Origin: Felis catus
Lineage: Eukaryota
Reading direction: 5' to 3'
Length of the DNA: 64,000 bases
Assembly (NCBI RefSeq): GCF_018350175.1
Contig: NC_058383.1
Coordinates: forward strand, 17,238,001-17,302,000
The notes beneath the pieces were generated by a model. It saw only the letters and a program-made list of their open reading frames with translations. It was not told where the DNA came from and made no database searches. The position numbers and the translations under genes were made by a program. This document shows positions 25,343 through 36,430 of this stretch, piece after piece. The stretch's first letter is position 1; each line of letters begins with the position of its first letter.

Positions 25343-25560
25343 GGGGCGCCTGGGTGACTCAGTCGGTTGGGCGTCCGACTTCGGCTCAGGTCATGATCTC
25401 ATGGTCTGTGAGTTCGAGCCCCGTGTCAGGCTCTGTGCTGACAGCTCAGAGCCTGGAGCCTGCTTCGGATTCTGTGTGTGTCTCTCTCTGACTCTCCCCC
25501 GCTCATGCTCTGTCTCTCTCTGTCTCAAAAATAAATAAACTTTAAAAAAATTAAAGAAAT
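25343..25560 (+). mobile_element. Can-SINE
   Basis: Head, CT tract and A tail; TSD ATTAAATGGGTC. Confidence 0.9.
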
Positions 25561-27058
25561 ATTAAATGGGTCAAGAATGAAAGCCAGGTGGACAATAAGG
25601 AGGTTACTAGGCCTGGCGATAGGTCATTTGTCTTTCACACAGATTTAATGGGGAAAGAGTCTGAATATAATCATCTCTATTAATGCCACTGGATTTCACA
25701 ACCAACTAACCCTTTTATTTTACTTTCTATCATGAAACAACTTCTCAAATTAATCCTTTCTCCCCAGACCCATTCCTCTGGGAGACACAGCCAGACCTTG
25801 AGGCCTCCCTTATCCTACCCACTTTCTTTTCTCTCTAACCCCCAAGAAAATTCCGATATTGGCACCAGTTTCCAGGACTCCCCAGGCCCTTTCACACATC
25901 AGCAGCAGCATCCCTGACCTGGGAGAGCAAATGGCCCCACACCATCAACTTCTCTCATGACAGGAGGGGCAGTAGCCTCTAATCCCACCTGCCTGAATCC
26001 CCCAAGGCCTCTCCAAGTAAGAGGAACTCTCTGGGCATCAGTGGTTACTCCAGAGTCCAAGAAATGGGCCTTTGAGCTAAAACCAAAGAATGTGTGAACC
26101 AGGAAGTAAGCAGTGAGGGGCCAATGGGTGGAGGGATAGGGGAATAGCTTTCTATTCTCCACAAGCAGCAGGGTTTCTATTGCTCCACAAGCAACCAGGC
26201 TGGAGTTAACATAAGGCTTTTCCTCTTGGTTGGCAACTTGGGGTTATTTCTTCAATGTCCAAGACACTCAGTAAATATATTCCAGAGGCAGAGAGAAATA
26301 GTTGGGGATCAGTTTATTCACTCGCATGGGCTCTGGCAGTTTTCAAATGGCTGTTGATCTCCAGAGGAATATATTGTGGTTTTCCTATGCCTAAGAGCTA
26401 ATAGTTATCGATAACTGACTCCGTATAACGGAAGCTGATTGAACAGACCAGTGTCTTAAGTCAGCAGTTCTCCAGGTGACCCCACTTGTAACCTGCAGCA
26501 AGAGCATCACCCTAGGAACTCGTTACAAAAACTAAATTTTGGTCTGCCCCCAGACCTAGTGAACCAGAAACTCAACACTCTGCTTTAACAAGTCAGTTAC
26601 ATGCTTTGAAAATGTGGTTTTGATGTCTGGCCAAGTTGGAGAACCACTAAGTGAAAGATCTTTCTGTATGGTGAATCTGGAACCCCTGCCCCAAGGCCAC
26701 CAAGAAGGAGGGGAATATGAGGTGAATGTGAGGGGCTCCTTGCTCTACAGAGTTCTTCAGTCCCCCTTCCCCCATATTCCTGCCCTTTTCACTCCTCCCC
26801 TGAACTTCAGTTTCTTCCTGGAATCCTTGGGCTTCCTGGTTCCCAAACTGAAATTTCCTCACTGACCTGACTTTAGATCTTCCTTCCCCACAGCCACCCA
26901 GCCCCTGAAACCCTTAACTTCTCAGAAATTTTGGAGTCCCGAGTTCCCAGTCCCCAACCCCCTTGGCCCTGCCTTCAGCCCTCGCAACCTGTCCCCTGCC
27001 CACCCATCTCCTTCCAGGCCTGCAGGACCCTGCACCCCTCCCCAATCTGGCAGGCAGC

Positions 27059-27633
27059 TCAGGCCTCCTCACCATCAGGCCCCACAAGCAGCAGCGGCTG
27101 AGCATTTTTGCCCTTGTCGTGCCAGCACACGTCAAAGAAGGGGTACACAGGCCCGGGCAGGCGCTCGTGGAAAGCAAAGAGCTGCTCGAGGGCATCAGCG
27201 TTGCTGGCATCATAAAAGGAGAGGATGCCATCGCCAAAGCTCAGGTAGATCCCAATGCGCAACGGCCGCCTCTCCGGGGTGCGCAGCGCGCGCGGTTCCT
27301 TGGCTTCAACATGCGCCTCCAGGATCTTGCCTTCGCGTAGCCCCAGCAGCCAGAGGCCCTGCGAGGGCACAGCGTGCAGCCGGCCTCGGCGGCTGGCCTG
27401 GGCCAAGATCACGCCTAGTGCCCAGCGTGGCTTATCGCCCACTTCCACCTCCCAGTAGTGCTCGCCATCAGACAGCAGCTGGTGTGCCACCACCGCCACG
27501 GCCTTGTCGAACTGGCACGGGTCCTCGCCAGCCGGGGGCGCCTTCTGGTCCAAGCACTCCACGCGGCGGCCGGAGGGAGACACCACCAAGCTTGGGTGGG
27601 CCGTGCTCGGGTCAAAGGTCAGTTCCTTCATAG
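27059..27633 (-). CDS. TRIM72: TRIM72 exon 7 coding part (PRY-SPRY/B30.2)
   Basis: [16 protein letters not shown]...[10 protein letters not shown]...[10 protein letters not shown]...PVYPFF motifs; TGA at 27061-27059. Confidence 0.97.
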
Positions 27634-29872
27634 CTGCCAGGGGAAGAGTGGTCAGACCCTTACATGTTTGCCTCCTGTGAGCTTCTCCCAACCAATTTAG
27701 GGGCCTGTCTGCTCTAATCCCCCCAATATCTTTGGTTAGTGAGCCCCTTCCTCTCTGCTTCTGGCCTGGGCCAAAGACTGTACCTCTCTGAGCTTCAGTC
27801 TGCTCAGCTGAAAAACAAAGCCATAACTGACTTCCTCCACAGTAGGAAGGCATTTAAGTCAGTATGTGGATGCAAGGCATTTAAGTCAGTATCTGAGGCC
27901 CAGGTCACAAAGCAGGAGAGAGTCAGAAAGCCTGGTCCTAGGTCAGTCCCCACCTCACCCAGCTGTGTGACTTCAGTCAGTCTTGAGCCAGTCTCTGGGC
28001 CTTAGTCTTGCCTTGGATAAAACAGAACCCACCTCCATTCCCACTTCCCCTCAAGGCAGTTAGGGCTGAGCCAGCCATGTATATGAGTCCTGGAGTTCTA
28101 CAATCTATGGCACCTCACAGCAATCTGGCTCTCACGGAAAGGAAGCAGAGAGCCCTTGGGCCTCCCCAGCCACAGGCCACCAGAGTCAGTGTCTGGCCCT
28201 GGCCAGTCCCCCAGGGTGCCAGCAATGCAGATCCTCAGCCTCCAACTAGCAGGGATTATCATCTCCACTGTCCAGAAGGGGCAGGAACTGACCAGGGATC
28301 ACCAAGGCTCAACCCCCAGCCCTAGCCTCCCCTCCTTGCCAGCAGCAGCAGCTTTTTAGTAGGCAGAGTCCTCCCCATGTCAGTCACCCACCCGTAAACC
28401 CCATGCCCTCAAAGTTCCTTCTCTGAGCACATGGTACGAGGGTTCAGGGGAAACCCCAGAAGTAACGGGGCAATGGGTACCTTCTTTGATGACTTCCCCA
28501 AGTTGGGACTGAGGCTTCTCTGTGTGTAGCTGGAGCCTCCCCTCAACCACACAGTTACAAACAGAAACCCGGAGATAGCACCTCCCAGTACCTGGCATCA
28601 GAGCCCGGAACATCTTCCTCCACACCTGGAATTTGAAGTCATCTGAGATGACAGGAAGCTGGATGTCCAGCCGGGCAGGCGGTGGTGATTCCGCCAGGAT
28701 CTTCTGTAGCCTGGAGCGGGGAGGGAAAGGTGGGGGGAGGTGTCTGTGGGGGGACTTCCTGGAGGAGGCATGGGGTGGGGGTGAGGGGGACAAGAGATGT
28801 TATCCCAAAGAGAGGAGGACAGGGACCATGGTGTGGAGTCCCAGGATCTCTCCTGCATCATACCCTGCCCTAACACTCTGTCAGAGTTTCAGTTTGGAAA
28901 GACAAAAATGTTCTGGAGAGAGGTGGTGGCAACATACTTAATGCCGCTGAAATTAAAATGTACACTAAAAAGAAAAAATAGTTAAAATGGAAAATTTTAT
29001 ATCATGCATATTATACCGTAATTTTTTTTTAATAAGAACCTTTTGTTGGGATAAGGTCCACACTCCTCAGCCCTTCAGTCTGCTCCCATCTACCACACCA
29101 ACTTTGTCTTCTCTCCCTCTTACCAGTCTTGGCACCTGCTGTTCCCTCTGCCTGTAGCACCTCTTCCCCCAGCTCTTCACCTCTCCTTGTCATTCCTCCA
29201 GTGGCCCACCAAATGTGCACTCTACTGGGAAGCCTTCCCCGGCCACCCCTTTCCTGCCACACAGCACTAAGCTGTGTCCCTGCCCACATCTGTCCCCAGC
29301 GCCAGTCTGGGAGGTGCCTGAGGAGAAGGACCAGGTCAGGTTCCTTTCTGTGCTCAACGCAAATGCAGGGAGATCAAGGTGGACAGAATGGGGGTGTGTG
29401 AGCTTCCTGTGGTTAGAGGGTTGGCCGGCCAGTGTCCCCAAGACTAGGGCAATTTGGGAAAAGGGGAAGAGCCAAGTTGGTCTCACCTGCTGGTCACCAG
29501 GCAGTATTTCTAGAAAGAGAGAAAAAGAGAACGGATGAAGCAGGCAGGGGAGACACTGGAGACTTATGAGAATGGGTGGACCAGCAGGAATGCTGAGTGT
29601 GGTGTCAGGAAGACTCAGAAAAGCCCAAAGAAACCCAGAATTCGAAGCCAACCCTAGCCCTTTACCTCTGTGTGAATTTAAAAAATGTACCCCGCCTTCT
29701 TCAAGAAACCAATTCCCAGGCGCCTGAGTGGCTCAGTTGGTTAGGCGACCAACTTCGGCTCAGGTCATGATCTCGCAGTCTGTGAGTTCAAGCCCCGCGT
29801 CGGGCTCTGTGCTGACAGCTCAGAGCCTGGAGCCTGCTTCAGATTCTGTGTCTCCCTCTCTTTCTGTGCCTC

Positions 29873-29913
<41 letters not shown>

Positions 29914-32900
29914 AAAAATAAATAAACATTAAAAAATTTAAAAAAGAAGAAACCGATTCCACCTGGTAGAAGATTATCCAAATAAATACACAAACCTCCA
30001 ATGTCTATGACAGGAATGGTGCCCACTAAGATTCAGTGTCTGTGCAGCGTCTAGCCTAAACAACCATAACAGCAGTCCTGGGGCCCACCCCTCCTTGATG
30101 CATGACCCTGACTCTGTCCCTGTCCCTCTCTGGGTCCTGAACTCTGGTTGAGTTGCAGAAAGGGAAGGTCATCCAGTGCTCACCATGAGGAACTCAGTCT
30201 GTGGCTTGTCCGCCACCTCCTCCAGCACCTTCTCCATCTGCCGTAACTGCTCCAGGTAGGAGTTCAGGCTCCCCAGCTCCCGCCGCAAGGCAACCCCTGC
30301 CTCGCCCCGCACGCGCTCTGCCTCACGGTCCAAGGAGCCCTCCAGTGCAGCCAGGAACACCCGCATCTTGCCCAGCTGCTCCCCGACAGCCCCCCGGAAC
30401 TGACGCACCGTCTCCTGTGGGAGCAGACAGACAAAAGCCCTTGGCTGGGACCCCCAGCCTGGATGCCCAGTCCCCAGGGTCTGCCATGCTGAGCCCCTCA
30501 CCTCCACCTCCAACAGCTGATGTTCCAGCACAGCCACACTCTTCTCCTTGCGCATACATGCCTCCTGCAACTGCATCTTCTGCTGTGGCAGCTGCGTCTG
30601 GGGGGGGATGAGGCATAAAGAAGTGATGCTGCTGTCGCCCCCCCCAACCAAACCCTCACCTCCCACCCTAAACCTGCCGTCTCTGGCTCAGCCTCAATGC
30701 CAGCTCTTCCTCCAGCCAGGCTGACATCTTACCATTCCCCAAACTCATGTGCAGATCTTGCCAATGTCTAGAATGCTTACCCTCCCATTGTGTATTTAAG
30801 GAAGTTCCCCATGGCCTTGCCTTCCCTGATCCCACCCCCTCAGCAGTCAGCACCCCTAGCACAGGTCTTTGTGAGAGTGCAAACACAAATGTGGGGTCCT
30901 CCACCAAACAGGGGTACAGTGGTGGCACACAGCAGGCTTCACAGGGTGAGTGTAGGTTGTATGAAGAAGAAATACGGCCTCCCCCTCTCCCTGGGCTTTA
31001 CCCTATCCTTAAAAGCAGAACATTAGCAAAACACCCCAATCGGCCTTCCTGCACACCTGAGGGCTGTGGCAATTTAATAAAAATGTCTGCTGCGTTGGGG
31101 CACCTGGCTGTCTCAGTCAGTAGATCATGAGACTCTTGGATCTCCAGGGTCGTGAGGTCCAGCCCTACCTTGGGGGATAAATGTTACAAAAAAAAAAAAA
31201 AAAGTCTGCTGTATTAGCCAATTAAACACATCTGTAGGTCTGTCAGTTGGTGAGTGCTGAAACGCAAGTGTAGGGAAAACTCCTAATAGCTCCAGCCAAA
31301 GTCACTCTTCTCCACAAGGAGAATTTGACGGCTCCAGTCCTGCTTCCATGGCTTCCAGCCTCAGTTTCCTCTTTTGCAAAATGTGAGCAGTCACCCTCAC
31401 CTCACCTGTGGTTATGACAAATTGGCGGCCTTCTCCCCACTCCCCCTAAGGGAAACTGAGAGACTTTCTAGGCTCTATCTGCGCGTGAGTCCACGGCTGG
31501 CGGTAGCCCCAGGATTGGACCATGGAGACCATGGTCACCTGGCCAGGCACCAGGTCCGTCTCCTTCCTGGGACGCCCTCCTGGGCAACGGCCTCACATGC
31601 ACAGGACAGAGAGGGCCTGGTGGCTCTCAGCATGGAGCCATCAGAGCTTCAGAGGCGGCAAGGCTAAGCCATGAGGCAGAAGTGCGACCAGAACCCCTGA
31701 CTCCCGATGTGCTCAAGAAGTTCAAACTGAAGCGAGGGGAGGAGCCGCTCCCGGAAGGCTTTCAGAACATCCCACCCGGGTTGCTGGGCCGCTGGGCCTC
31801 GACGTGCTGTGATCTCACCTACAAGCTGGACACCCTCTGCCGCGAGGACTATGAGCTCAAGGCAGTCCTGCTGCGCGACATCGGTAAGCAAGAAGAGACC
31901 GCAAGGTTTCACAGGATGGCGTGAGTCCCGGCAGATCCCATTCGACCACTCTTGAGTCCTGAGGACACATGGTCTGTGGACCCAGTCCCTCTTCGTCGCC
32001 AGGGACCCAGGCATTCAGCCATGCCCCAGCCTTCCTGTCTCCCTCCTCCTTCAGACTTCTTCCTGGCGTCCCTTCTTCAGAATTCCTGCCAGCCCCTCCA
32101 CGCAGCCAGGGCATACCCTGGCAGGAATGTATCCTGCCCCACCTGCCCCTTCGAGGCTCCTGGGTCACCTGGTGCTCTGTTCCATTTCACAGACTCTATT
32201 CTCTCTTTGCAGATCTCTCTCTCTCTCCCTCTCTCTATTCTCTCTTTGCAGATCTCTCTCTCCCTCTCTCTCTCTCGACCAGATTGGGAGTTCTGGGGTT
32301 AACAGCAAAGGTGAGCCTGGATTAGGAAGGCTCCTAGGAAGAGGAAGTTCCTGCACTGATCTAGGGGACCACCAGTCAGCACTGAACAGAACTGGGCAAG
32401 GCAGGAGCTGGAGGAATGGTGAGGCTGGTTCCCTGGAGGAGTCTGGAAGCCTCAAATATCAGCCTGAGGAGGTGGTCTACCCTTTTTAGAAGTCTGGGGG
32501 CCTGGGGTGCATGAGTGGCTCAGTCAGTTAAGCGTTAGACTTCTGCTCAGGTCATGATCTCAGGTTTATGGGTTGAGCCCTGCACGAGGCACTCTACTGT
32601 CAGCACAGAGCCCGCCAGCTTTGGATACTGTGCTCACCCCCACCCCCACGCCCACCCCCTGCTTCTCTCTCTCTCTCTGTCTGAAAAATAAACATAGAAG
32701 GAGGAGGAGGAGGAAGAGGAGGAGGAGGAGGAGGGGGAGGAGGGGGAGGAGGGGGAGGAGGGGGAGGAGGAGGGGGAGGAGAAGGAGGAAGAAGAAGAAG
32801 AAGAAGAAGAAGAAGAAGAAGAAGAAGAAGGCGAGGAGGAGGAGGAAGAGGAAGTCGTCGTCGCCTGGGGACCAAGCAGAATCGCTGCAGTGCAATGCTG

Positions 32901-34231
32901 ATGTTTGTGGGCAAAGATAATCCGCAGAATCCCACCCAACTCCTCATTCAGGAGAAGACAATGGCAGCTTCACTGCGGGGGAGCAAGGACCGCTGCCTGC
33001 CTCCAGAACCCGCCTCTTCCAGCTCCCCACAGCTGTCCTTTATTCTTCCACAGCCCAACAAATGCTTCATGACACCTTGAGGGGCCTGTGTAGACACACA
33101 CTCTCCCTCAGCTACATGCCCTCAGATGTGGCACACGTCTGACATGGACCAACCAGCGTGAGCCTGCGTCTCTGTTTGCTAATGTCTGGGTGTCTTTTCT
33201 GGGCACCCGTGGCAATTGCAAACCTTGGGGTGCCCACAATTGTGTGTGGGCTCTGGAAGCGTTCAAGACTTCCAGCTCCATCTAGAAAAACAACCTGGTT
33301 TGGGGTCTCGGTGCCAAAGGGGGCCTGCGCACAGATCTGCGTTGCCCTCCCCGCCAGATATTGTGACCCTTAGGCCCGCACAAGTTTTGCAGCTCCGAGG
33401 AGAACGTAGGCGAAGTAGCCTAGCCGCCTCAGCCGGAGGCCCCCAGTCGCCTGACCTGGCCCCAAGCCCCGCCCATCTAGTCATTTCCTCCCGGGCCTCC
33501 ACCCAACTCGGCTTGGAGGCGGTGGCCCCCGCGTCTCTGGGCGCGCTCCAGTAGCTAAACCCGGAAAATCTACGTTTGGGCCGCAGCCCCTGAGCGCCTC
33601 CTCCAGGCTCCTGGCTCGGCCCCGGCAGGCTCCGCCTTCAGCTCCTCAGCCCGCATTCCCGAGCGGCCTCGCCCCGCCCGCGTCCCCCGAAACTCCAGGC
33701 GCCCTGGGCCCTGAAGCTCAGAATCCAGGTCAACGCAGTGACCTCCAGATCGGCCAAACTCCGCTCCAGCCAACAACCTCGTCCCACCCCGGTCCCCGCC
33801 ACCGCCCCCCACTGCCGCCTGAGGCCTCCCGAGCCCCGCACCTTGAGGCGCGCATGGGCTTCGGCGGCGGGGAGCAGGCGGTGGCCGCGGTGCGAACCGA
33901 GCGAGGCGCACACGCCGCACACGAGCGCGCGGTCCTGCTCGCAGTAGATGCTGAGCGGGTCTAGGTGCTCCTCGCAGTGGCCCTGCGGCACCTGCGCCAG
34001 CCCCTCCACCAGGCGCGCCAGCTGCAGGTTGGTGTTGAGCGCCTGTGGCCGCGTGAGTGCCTGGCAGCACGGGCAGGGCACAGTGCCGTCCGCCGCCGGC
34101 TCCCCCGCCACGCGGCTCAGGCAGGCTCGGCAGAAGCTGTGGCCACACTCGGCCGTCACAGGCGCGTCAAACAGCTGCAGGCACAGCGGGCAGGACAGCT
34201 CCTGGTGCAGGAGACCAGGCGCGGCCGACAT
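27059..34231 (-). CDS. TRIM72: Tripartite motif protein 72 (MG53), RING-Bbox-coiled coil-PRY/SPRY; complete CDS in 6 coding exons
   Basis: Coding exons 34231-33842 (390 nt), 30597-30502 (96), 30414-30184 (231), 29509-29487 (23), 28710-28592 (119), 27633-27059 (575), all with GT-AG boundaries; total 1434 nt = 477 aa + stop. Starts [21 protein letters not shown], ends [16 protein letters not shown]. Confidence 0.98.
28592..28710 (-). CDS. TRIM72: TRIM72 exon 6
   Basis: 119-nt exon [39 protein letters not shown] with AG/GT flanks. Confidence 0.95.
29487..29509 (-). CDS. TRIM72: TRIM72 exon 5 (23-nt micro-exon, KYCLVTS(R), contains Cys242)
   Basis: tctag|AAATACTGCCTGGTGACCAGCAG|gtgaga; restores frame between exons 4 and 6. 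Confidence 0.93.
29718..29950 (+). mobile_element. Can-SINE in TRIM72 intron 4
   Basis: GGCGCCTGAGTGGCTCAGT head, CT tract and A tail; TSD-like AAACC(A/G)ATTCC. Confidence 0.88.
30184..30414 (-). CDS. TRIM72: TRIM72 exon 4 (coiled coil)
   Basis: 231-nt exon [18 protein letters not shown]...KPQTEFLM with AG/GT flanks. Confidence 0.95.
30502..30597 (-). CDS. TRIM72: TRIM72 exon 3 (coiled coil)
   Basis: 96-nt phase-0 exon [32 protein letters not shown] with AG/GT flanks. Confidence 0.95.
31671..31924 (+). pseudogene. PYDC1: PYDC1/POP1-like pyrin-domain-only pseudogene nested antisense in TRIM72 intron 2
   Basis: gccATG AGG CAG AAG TGC GAC CAG AAC CCC TGA stops early at 31698-31700. A shifted frame reads [12 protein letters not shown]...[15 protein letters not shown]...DLTYKL...EDYEL...LLRDIG...ETARFHRMA*, which aligns with PYCARD exon 1 in this window. 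Position and orientation match human PYDC1 as recalled. Confidence 0.85.
32696..32853 (+). repeat. Compound (GGA)n/(GGGAGGAGG)n/(GAA)n polypurine microsatellite at a SINE tail
   Basis: About 155 nt with a single pyrimidine, directly after the AATAAA of the Can-SINE at ~32500-32695. Confidence 0.95.
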
Positions 34232-34300
34232 GACGGACCTGAGGAGAGGAGGGGTCAGTCAGGGAGGCTCCGCGGAGCCGCGAGATAGGCCCGGCCCCAG
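33380..34300. promoter_or_regulatory. CpG island over TRIM72 exon 2 and start of intron 2
   Basis: Very GC- and CpG-rich ~900-bp stretch (visual estimate, not computed). Confidence 0.7.
33842..34231 (-). CDS. TRIM72: TRIM72 exon 2 (first coding exon; RING and B-box)
   Basis: ATG at 34231, acceptor AG at 34240-34239, CPLC...CGHSFCRAC...CPCC RING, CEEH...CEQD...CGVC...H B-box, AAG|GT donor at 33841. Confidence 0.97.
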
Positions 34301-34662
34301 ACCCAGACAGGGGGGATCCCCAGCCTATAAAGACCCCACATCTCATACACAAAAGGAGTCTAGTTCTGGGCAAGGGGGAAGAGGGACTCAGTTTCAATCC
34401 CCAAAGCAGCCTCAGCTGCATTTCTCTGCTTCAGCCCCCAAAATTGCTTCTAAGAGGGACCTTGTCTCAATCCCAGGTCCTAAACCCGAGTTCCGGTTGC
34501 AGTCTTACCCACTGTCCTTCCCTGTCTTAACCCCAGGCCTCAGCCCCAGCCCCAAATTCCCCAGAGCCCCCAGGCCCTACCATTCTTTCACTCACCTCTC
34601 CAGGATCCCCAGCCCTCCCCTCCCCCACATCTCCAGGCCTCCCGAGGACCCATAGGACTCAC

Positions 34663-34860
34663 AGGTCTGGATGGAGATCTTGGGCAAAAAGAGACTCCCA
34701 GGAGGCCCCGTCAAGGTCAGGCCTAACCTTACAGGGAGTCAAAGCTGTGTCTGAAGACAAGCAAGGGGCAAGCCGCAAACTCAGAGCAAGGACGGGAACT
34801 CACAGGGGCAGCTAACAGTGGACACCACCGGGAAGGCACACAGTGAATAATGGACAGACC
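34663..34860 (-). other. TRIM72: Probable TRIM72 non-coding exon 1 (5' end approximate)
   Basis: Consensus GTGAGT donor on the minus strand at 34662-34657, upstream of the exon-2 acceptor and just downstream of a MEF2/TATA-like box. TSS not determinable from sequence. Confidence 0.55.
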
Positions 34861-34887
34861 CTCCCAGACTGAGCCCTGGCCCCAGGA

Positions 34888-34897
34888 CTATATTTAG
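34888..34897. promoter_or_regulatory. MEF2 site (CTATATTTAG) in TRIM72 proximal promoter
   Basis: Exact match to CTA(A/T)4TAG; E-boxes CACATG (~34974) and CACCTG (34987-34992) nearby; fits muscle-specific expression of TRIM72. Confidence 0.7.
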
Positions 34898-35499
34898 CTG
34901 CCCTGCCCACCCCTTCCCATCACTTCTGGAAACCGTTCTAAAAGTGAGGACTGAGTGGTCAGGGGACAAGCATCACATGTCAAGGCCACCTGTCCTGGCC
35001 CATCCCACTGTCCCTTCCCCGGCTCAGCCTGGAGCCAGAAACCACAACCAGCAGGGAGGCAGGGCCTGTCATACCACAGGAAAAAAAAAAAAAAAACAGG
35101 AACATGTTTGGGAGGAGTCTCTCCTTTCTCCTCCACCCCCACCTCCACACTCTCTAGCCTCCCCCTTCCCTGCCTGTGGTCCCTCCCCAGTTTGTCACCC
35201 ACTTACTCCCCAAGTTTATGGCTCTCCAAGATCACACTGCAGAAGGACAGGACTTCAGCCCACCCTGAAAGCTTTTCTTCCTCCAGACTTGAGGAGAAAG
35301 GCTTTTCCCTGCTGGTCTTTCCAGTGCCCAGCAGAATCCCTGGGGCAAAGCTGGCTTCCCTAAGTGCTTGGGAAATGAATGTTAGAGGGACAGTTGAATA
35401 AATTAATGAACTGAATCCAGGGCCTGCAGCCGAGAAGTTGATTCTGCCCTGAGAGCTTCAGGCCTTTACATGCTTAGCCTTCGATTCTCAGTTTACGTA

Positions 35500-35922
35500 T
35501 CATTCAGAATGAAAACCAAAGTCCTCACTGTGCCCTTCAAGGCCCTATGTTACTCTTCTCTCACCCCTCCCCACCTGCTCACTCCAGCCTTGGCCTTTGG
35601 GCTTGCTGTCCCCTCTGCCTGGAACACTCTTTCAAACCCCTGTACAGCTGGTTTCCTTCCTGTTCTGCCTCAGATCATTACCCGGTGTCACCTTTTCAGT
35701 GAGGCTTTTCCTAACTCCTTGATTTTAAATCTCACATTTCCCTTGCCTGTTCTATTTTCCCCCATAAAATTTATTACCATCTGACAAGCAACATTTTACT
35801 TATTGGCTCTTGAAAGTCTGATTCCTCCTACTGGAATATAAATTTTTTACACTGCTTGTCTCCAACCTAGAATAAAGTGTGTACACACTGCACGTACACA
35901 ATAAATACTCAATGAATGAATA
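35500..35922 (+). mobile_element. L2 3' remnant
   Basis: GCTGTCCCCTCTGCCTGGAACACTCT motif and terminal AATAAATACTCAATGAATGAAT. Confidence 0.65.
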
Positions 35923-36430
35923 AACACACAAGCTGACTGGGTCCTTTTCTTTTGGCCTCGCAGTCACTTTCTCTCAGCTTTTCCCTGTATTTGTTCATTT
36001 CTCCCTCAATGGCATTCTGTCTTAATCTGAGTTTCTGCTTATGTTTCAGTCTTACTCTCCCCTTTGGACTCTCTTTTTGCCTCTTGGGTTTTTAATGTTC
36101 ATTTTTATTAATTTTATCCCAAATGTGCACATGAGGTGTTCTTTAATAAGAGACAGAGTTATTAAATATTTCCCAGTAAACAGTAAATGTCCTGTGCCAT
36201 AGGATGATGGGATGAGAGCCAGGTCAATTTTCCCATGAGGGTAGCCAGACACCTTATATGTGAGCAACAAGGAAGAATTCCTTTCAAGGAGTAGAAATCA
36301 ACTGTTCCCCTCCCCTCCTTGAAGATCTTTTTATTGCAACTCTTTGCCAAGTAAATAAATCTCCCCAGAAGCCAGGTAGATCCCTGCCCATCTCAGCTCA
36401 TCTTTTGTTTGATTGTTTTTATTTACTTAT

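Noticed and set aside
27634..27853. N-terminal extension of the 264-aa ORF 27059-27853
   Set aside because: Intronic read-through upstream of the exon-7 acceptor at 27635-27634; only 27633-27059 matches TRIM72.
32566..32947. ORFs rich in Arg/Lys, Pro/Leu or Ser that look protamine-like
   Set aside because: They are translations of the polypurine microsatellite plus a SINE; stop-free only because of low complexity.
33948..34655. 235-aa plus-strand ORF antisense to TRIM72 exon 2
   Set aside because: GC-rich shadow ORF with no recognisable domain.
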